A DNA stretch of 64,000 nt, taken from positions 9,960 through 73,959 of the forward strand of contig JBDRMS010000009.1 in the NCBI GenBank assembly GCA_043811915.1, given 5' to 3'. Position 1 is the first letter of the stretch. The number at the start of each line of letters is the position of its first letter. Positions 59,256 to 64,000 of this stretch are shown here, piece after piece. Source of the stretch: a bacterium (lineage in GTDB: Bacteria; Patescibacteriota; Andersenbacteria; UBA10190). Position numbers and translations under genes: made by a program. The notes under the pieces were generated by a model. That model saw only the letters and a list, made by a program, of their open reading frames with translations, searched no databases and was not told the origin of the DNA.

Positions 59256-59301
59256 GCGGCGAAAAGGGAAAATAGCTGTGGGTGAGCAGCCTCTGCCTGC
59301 T

Positions 59302-59511
59302 TCAACTGTTCTTTGGCGTCTTGCGCCACAAGGTTGAAGCCAGCATCACAACCGCCAACACAATAAGCATTGGAACGGTTACGGACTTCAGCAGCTGGGT
59401 CAATTGTCCGGATTGCTCAAGAGTCATACCCTTCAGTTCCAGACAGGTCGGAACACCGATCAGCAGCCCAACCAGGAAAATCGCGATGCAAGCGTAAACG
59501 AGGCGCATCAC
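59302..59511 (-). CDS. small two-TM hypothetical protein
   Basis: SD AAGGGAG, two hydrophobic helices. Confidence 0.55.
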   Translation of the reverse strand: MMRLVYACIAIFLVGLLIGVPTCLELKGMTLEQSGQLTQLLKSVTVPMLIVLAVVMLASTLWRKTPKNS

Positions 59512-59586
59512 TTGTCTCCCTTCGAAGTAGGTTCACCAGTTTCCACATGTTTTAAGAGCCCGGAAACTTTAAGCTCTGTTTATTTT

Positions 59587-59814
59587 TCAACGAACATCTT
59601 CCTGCAGGAACTCGTGATAACGAACTAGAATTTCTTCTATCGTCATATCACACACCTCCTGCCAATCGACTCCGCCTTCTGCCAAATAGTGCAAAGCGCA
59701 CTGCAGTTCAGCGAAATCACTGGGGAAATCCTGATCCTCCATGACTTCATCCAGGTAGCCATCCATCTCTTCAATAGCGCTTTCCACTTGGCTAATTCTG
59801 ACTTCCGTGACCAT
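59587..59814 (-). CDS. small acidic hypothetical protein
   Basis: AAGGAG before MVTEVR; boxA-like motif and TAGTAT upstream. Confidence 0.55.
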   Translation of the reverse strand: MVTEVRISQVESAIEEMDGYLDEVMEDQDFPSDFAELQCALHYLAEGGVDWQEVCDMTIEEILVRYHEFLQEDVR

Positions 59815-59948
59815 CACAAAATCTCCTTGCAAAAGTACTCCCTGACAAAATCCCCCTTCACTCGCGGTCAAGTAGATATACTACCTGTCCCGCGAGAGAA
59901 AGAGAGCCCTGCAAGCGCAGGGCTTAAGGTACTTTTTGGTTAGCCGAT

Positions 59949-60137
59949 TCAGTTCTCGGATAACCAGGAAGGCTTTCCGTGCTTCCTATTGCTGCTGCGG
60001 CCTGTCGGGTCCGTGGTTCCGTAACGGTTGATCATGAACTCAACCATATCTCTTGACATCCCGGGTGCAGGAACGCGCCTTTTGGATTTAGCCATTCTGT
60101 TTCCACGCCTTTGTGCGACAGTCACTTTAGCGGCCAT
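59949..60137 (-). CDS. small basic hypothetical protein
   Basis: TAAGGAGG before MAAKV; promoter TTGACA-N17-TAGTAT at 60226-60198; hairpin AGCCCTGC-AA-GCGCAGGGCT downstream. Confidence 0.6.
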   Translation of the reverse strand: MAAKVTVAQRRGNRMAKSKRRVPAPGMSRDMVEFMINRYGTTDPTGRSSNRKHGKPSWLSEN

Positions 60138-60303
60138 TTGGGGCCTCCTTACCAATTGGAGAGAACAAAACTTCGATTCCACTACTGAAACAGCTAGATA
60201 CTAGCACAATTACACATATTTGTCAATAGCAGGTAGAATTACATCCCCAAGAAAAAAGCGGCATCCCCCTTATTGCCGCCAAAGTATCTAAAGCAGACTT
60301 GTC

Positions 60304-60525
60304 TTACTTAGTAGCCCGATTATCCGGATCAATAATGTGTCTTCTTTGATATCGAATACTACGAGCAGTAGATCCTTGTCCTGTCCTCATCAACTTCTCA
60401 ATCTCATCTGGCGGCACACTTGGTGACGTTCCAGGAATCTGGTAGGGAGTCTTTCGACGAAAAGTTTCCTCTCCATCAACGTCGCCATCACCCAAATCGA
60501 GTCGTTCGCCGTTCGGACCGTACAT
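60304..60525 (-). CDS. small hypothetical protein
   Basis: AAAGGA SD; GCGGCA...TGCCGC hairpin with poly-U on the minus strand downstream. Confidence 0.55.
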   Translation of the reverse strand: MYGPNGERLDLGDGDVDGEETFRRKTPYQIPGTSPSVPPDEIEKLMRTGQGSTARSIRYQRRHIIDPDNRATK

Positions 60526-60617
60526 TTAGACATTCCTTTCTAAAAGTACAAACTTATTCAGCCCCGTTCACCACTTCAGTCATTTAAGCGTTTTAAATTC
60601 AAACTGTCAACTTTATG

Positions 60618-60688
60618 AGCGAGAGAGGGGAATCGAACCCCCACTTCAACCTTGGGAAGGTTACGTACTACCACTATACTACTCTCGC
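60618..60688 (-). tRNA. tRNA-Gly (CCC)
   Basis: Acceptor GCGAGAG/CTCTCGC, TAACC-TT-CCC-AA-GGTTG, GGGGG-TTCGATT-CCCCT; CCA not encoded. Confidence 0.95.
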
Positions 60689-60697
60689 CTGCCTTTA

Positions 60698-61273
60698 TTA
60701 TTGCTTCACTGCTGCCTGTTCTCTATCCCAGCTAAGGTGCCAGGGAAAAACGAAAATCCAGCGCTTCTTTGCCAATAGACGATAAAGCTCGTCATTGGAC
60801 TCCGCACTGTTTTGCTGCTTCAAGGCCTCCTGTTGCAGCAGCGGTAATATAACAAGTTCATCATATTCCTCAAGAGTAAGACCCGTTGCCTGAAGGACAT
60901 GTTTCTCGCCTCGCACCCCCAGTATTTCCTCCCGGTAGCGCACCGCGTCCCGGGTCGTCACCGGCGTTCGCAAGAAAGCGTGCTTAATCAAATGTTGACG
61001 CAGCAGCGTAGTCAAAGCCTCGTGCGGCGGAGCAGGCTCTTGTTTAGAGTTTGCCGCAAATGCCTGTCGAGCCTGGTAGTGTTCCCGCCACATTTTGGTT
61101 GTCACACAGCCACGAGTGGAACATGCCACCGGCCAATTAACAAATGAAGCCGCCGGATTGTTCAATGTGTCGTCAACAACTAATACCCAATTCCACAGTA
61201 TTAACACCACCAGCATGGGCAACCCGAGCAGTACCGCCAACCCCCACACCATACGCCTGATGGAGCGCTTCAT
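60698..61273 (-). CDS. hypothetical membrane-anchored protein (SurA N-terminal-like helical domain)
   Basis: TM anchor; WPVA, AL..LL.Q.LI, GLTLEEY...VI.P.L.QE.L pattern. Confidence 0.6.
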   Translation of the reverse strand: MKRSIRRMVWGLAVLLGLPMLVVLILWNWVLVVDDTLNNPAASFVNWPVACSTRGCVTTKMWREHYQARQAFAANSKQEPAPPHEALTTLLRQHLIKHAFLRTPVTTRDAVRYREEILGVRGEKHVLQATGLTLEEYDELVILPLLQQEALKQQNSAESNDELYRLLAKKRWIFVFPWHLSWDREQAAVKQ

Positions 61274-61291
61274 ATAACATATATACTACCC

Positions 61292-61672
61292 TTACTGTTC
61301 AAGCGGCGCTACAAAAAATACATGCCACCACTTTCGCGGAGTCGATATTCCCTCCTGCGCAATCTGCATTCCTGCTATCTGCGGTTCTGCCTGGGGCTGA
61401 TCTTCGGTAACCAGTACCACCGTCTCTCCTTCCGCCTTAAAGCCTAGCTTTTCCCGTGCCATTCGCTCCAGGAAATCATCTGTGCCAAAATACTGGTTCA
61501 AGCTCTCCATTTCAATAACTTTCTTTTCCATATTTCGCACCTCCTGCTGCAGGCCTGCTACTTCGCGCTGCACTTGTAGCCGTCTATTCATCTCCTGTGC
61601 CAGAGAGACCAATATAAAAATAACCACAACTGTTGCTATGGAAATCATGATTTTAGGCGATGCAGCACGCAT
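61292..61672 (-). CDS. septum formation initiator FtsB/DivIC family
   Basis: TM, coiled coil, FLERMAREKLG....GETV, WW..FF. Confidence 0.88.
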   Translation of the reverse strand: MRAASPKIMISIATVVVIFILVSLAQEMNRRLQVQREVAGLQQEVRNMEKKVIEMESLNQYFGTDDFLERMAREKLGFKAEGETVVLVTEDQPQAEPQIAGMQIAQEGISTPRKWWHVFFVAPLEQ

Positions 61673-61675
61673 AAA

Positions 61676-62725
61676 TTATTCCAGATTACTCGCGTCCAAA
61701 TCCCGCAGCGTAATCGTTATCTGTTTACCGGCCCGGTTAATCAGCAATTCAAGCGGCAAATCCCGGGATAAGCCTATTAGCACACTGTTCGTCCATTCAA
61801 GCGGCTTATTACCGATTTGTAAAAGCATGTCACCTCGTTTTATTCCAGCCGTTGCAGCCACCGTTCCAGGCAATACCGTTCGCACTTCAGCCACAAACTG
61901 TCTCATCCTGGTTTCACTCGCCGCGGCAAAAGTATAATGGAGTTCTAACCCTAATTCAGCAAACAAGTCCTTTTCCTTTTGACCGCCTGCCACCCGGTCT
62001 AAACTTTCCTTCAAGTGATTTACCGGCAGAGCCAGCCCCGCCCGGGGATTGATTAACAATCCAGCCACCAGTCCCTCGTCGTCCAGCAATGGACTGCCCA
62101 TAAGCGCGGCTTCGACCAGCTGCGTCCCTTTTATTACCTGTTGTAGACCAGCCGGCGCAAGCTCCGGCGGCAAAATATTTTCATTTACTTGGAAAGACTC
62201 CGCTTGTACAAAAAGAGACGGCAAGCTCCTGCTTATCGCAACCAATTCATAAGCCACCGGCACCGGCGCCGGACGCATATCTAAAGGAACCAATACCGCC
62301 TCGCGAGCCCGCAAGTATGTCAAACCAAACAATTCATCCCGGCCTGCCAACTCCAGCACCACGGTTTTCCCCTGATAGTCGTAAGCCAGCACCTCTCCCG
62401 GCGGCACCTCTCCCGCCGTTACCAGCAGGCCATCATTAGTCACCACAAAAGCCGTTGCCCCCTGCTCAAGCAGAACCACCGAACGTTGGGCAGTATCCAG
62501 CATTTGTGTCACCGCCATATTGGGCGAAATAGTAACTTCCTGAACTGTCGAAACCAGCCGATCACTTCCTCCCGGCACTAATGCTGCCGTTTTTGGCATC
62601 CACAATTGAGCTGCCAGTGTTCCCCCCACCATACCCAACACAATTATTGCCACCACGCCGCTAAGAAGCCAGGTCAGCGACATCCGCACCACTCGTGCTG
62701 TCGATTGTGAGGAATTTAAACCCAT
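61676..62725 (-). CDS. HtrA-like trypsin-fold/PDZ protein, catalytic residues missing
   Basis: RSVV, AFVVTNDGLLVT, GSPLL...G.V.G, PDZ A..AGIKRGD.LLQI; exact start uncertain. Confidence 0.7.
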   Translation of the reverse strand: MGLNSSQSTARVVRMSLTWLLSGVVAIIVLGMVGGTLAAQLWMPKTAALVPGGSDRLVSTVQEVTISPNMAVTQMLDTAQRSVVLLEQGATAFVVTNDGLLVTAGEVPPGEVLAYDYQGKTVVLELAGRDELFGLTYLRAREAVLVPLDMRPAPVPVAYELVAISRSLPSLFVQAESFQVNENILPPELAPAGLQQVIKGTQLVEAALMGSPLLDDEGLVAGLLINPRAGLALPVNHLKESLDRVAGGQKEKDLFAELGLELHYTFAAASETRMRQFVAEVRTVLPGTVAATAGIKRGDMLLQIGNKPLEWTNSVLIGLSRDLPLELLINRAGKQITITLRDLDASNLE

Positions 62726-63495
62726 CTTGTGCTTATCAAAATTAATAAGAAAGCCACTACCCCAATACCAATATATTCAACAATATCACGGCGCTTAAGC
62801 CCCCTAGTATAGCTTAGGCTGATCAAGTTGAAAATAACATAGTATAAAATTGTCACCACTCCGGCCTGGACCAGGTAATGAGAAGGTAAAAATTGCAGCA
62901 CCCAAACCACCTCCGTGAGCACAAAAGCCATCGTCAAGGCCGGTAACACAATCTCACTCGCCGTTCGTACTACTCTCCTTAATGCCTGTAGTCCCATCAG
63001 CACCGTTACCGCCAAAACTAAAACCAGGACCAGTAAAACCGGAATGTATAAATGGAAGCGCAACCCTAAAATGAAAGCCACGTTCAAGAAGTAAACCACC
63101 AGTGACAACGTCCAATTCCAAATTGGATACGCCTCTCGGGCACCATGTTTAAGTAAAAAGAAGAAAATTAACCCCGACGCCAGAATATACAAATGCAGTA
63201 CTTGAGTAGTTGGTAACAGGAAAGCATAGCCAGCCAGCCCCGTCGCAGCCAGTATTGGCAAGATAGAATGGATTAGCCCAAAACGCCCCCTCTCCTCAAA
63301 ACGCACCAGGATAACACCCAACATCACCACTGTTACCGCCACCACTGCTATCAGCACAACCCAGCGTTGTAAGATAAAAATCAATTCCAAGCCAACTACA
63401 AGCAAAGCCGACAATAAAACATAGTGCGAGGCCGGGAAAAGTTTCCAAACAGTCTTTGTAACCCTTGTGATCTGAACTTTTACACAACGCAACAT
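62716..63495 (-). CDS. hypothetical polytopic membrane protein
   Basis: About eight hydrophobic helices; E..W.LQFLP, YY, C-terminal TRW. Confidence 0.75.
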   Translation of the reverse strand: MLRCVKVQITRVTKTVWKLFPASHYVLLSALLVVGLELIFILQRWVVLIAVVAVTVVMLGVILVRFEERGRFGLIHSILPILAATGLAGYAFLLPTTQVLHLYILASGLIFFFLLKHGAREAYPIWNWTLSLVVYFLNVAFILGLRFHLYIPVLLVLVLVLAVTVLMGLQALRRVVRTASEIVLPALTMAFVLTEVVWVLQFLPSHYLVQAGVVTILYYVIFNLISLSYTRGLKRRDIVEYIGIGVVAFLLILISTRWV

Positions 63496-63498
63496 GAC

Positions 63499-64000
63499 TC
63501 AAGCTTTGCGGGCCAGGTAGTCTCCTGCGCTAAGTGCTGCCGAACAACCGTGGCCGGCCGCCACCACAATTTGTGCATCCCTGATGTCTGTCACATCTCC
63601 GGCGGCAAAAAAACCCTCCACACTCGTCTTACCATATCGGTCAGTTACAACAGCACCATGCTTGTCCATTTCAATCAGGTCTTTAATCGGGTCCGTGTTC
63701 GGCACGGCGCCAATACTGACAAAAATCCCCGCTACTTCAAGACGCCCCTCTCTCCCGGTCTTCTCATCCTGATAACTAAGCGACGTAACCAGACCATCCC
63801 CTCCTATTTTCGTTGTCCTGGCGTTATAAATAATTTCCACCTTATCGTCATCTTTCACACTATCGACCAGCACCTGGTCCGCTGACAGTGTTTCTCCAAT
63901 ATGCAGTAAGTAGATCCTGCTGGCTATTTTTTGCAGCATAATCGCCGCTTCCACTCCGGTATTGCCTCCGCCAATCACTGCCACCCTCCTGTCGGCAAAC
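63499..64000 (-). CDS. trxB: thioredoxin reductase-like FAD/NAD(P) oxidoreductase (5' truncated by window)
   Basis: VAVIGGGNTGVEAA, GIFVSIG..PNT, TSVEGFFAAGDV, QIVVAAGHG..AA. Confidence 0.9.
   Translation of the reverse strand, partial: FADRRVAVIGGGNTGVEAAIMLQKIASRIYLLHIGETLSADQVLVDSVKDDDKVEIIYNARTTKIGGDGLVTSLSYQDEKTGREGRLEVAGIFVSIGAVPNTDPIKDLIEMDKHGAVVTDRYGKTSVEGFFAAGDVTDIRDAQIVVAAGHGCSAALSAGDYLARKA

Overview
Chromosomal segment of a small-genome bacterium; gene content and style suggest Patescibacteria/CPR, Parcubacteria-like (inference). It uses genetic code 11, the + strand is C-rich and most genes lie on the minus strand. Core genes: rplU end, recR, dnaB, cysS, the CIRCE-controlled hrcA-grpE-dnaK-(membrane protein)-dnaJ operon, aspS, rplI, pyrG, rpmA, gltX, a reduced priA, a complete nine-gene V/A-type ATPase operon with a Na+-type K subunit, rpiB-rpe-split transketolase, ftsEX, frameshifted prfB, htrA, partial trxB, and five tRNAs (Lys, Gln, Arg, Thr, Gly). 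Scattered among them are SD-led accessory genes (large-type purL, pyrF-pyrE, an IMPase/FBPase, a HAD nucleotidase, small orphans), many preceded by a boxA-like motif. The most unusual signal is a set of 25-55 bp GC-rich palindromic elements. They interrupt decayed tRNA-Lys and tRNA-Gln duplicates just upstream of the intact tRNAs, and related sequences lie in frame inside pyrG, ntpA, cysS and priA, with no mobilising enzyme in the window. Also present are two ~190-nt structured-RNA candidates upstream of aspS (one 6S-like) and a heptad-repeat gene frameshifted by an 8-bp duplication. No CRISPR array, rRNA, prophage or intact IS was seen.
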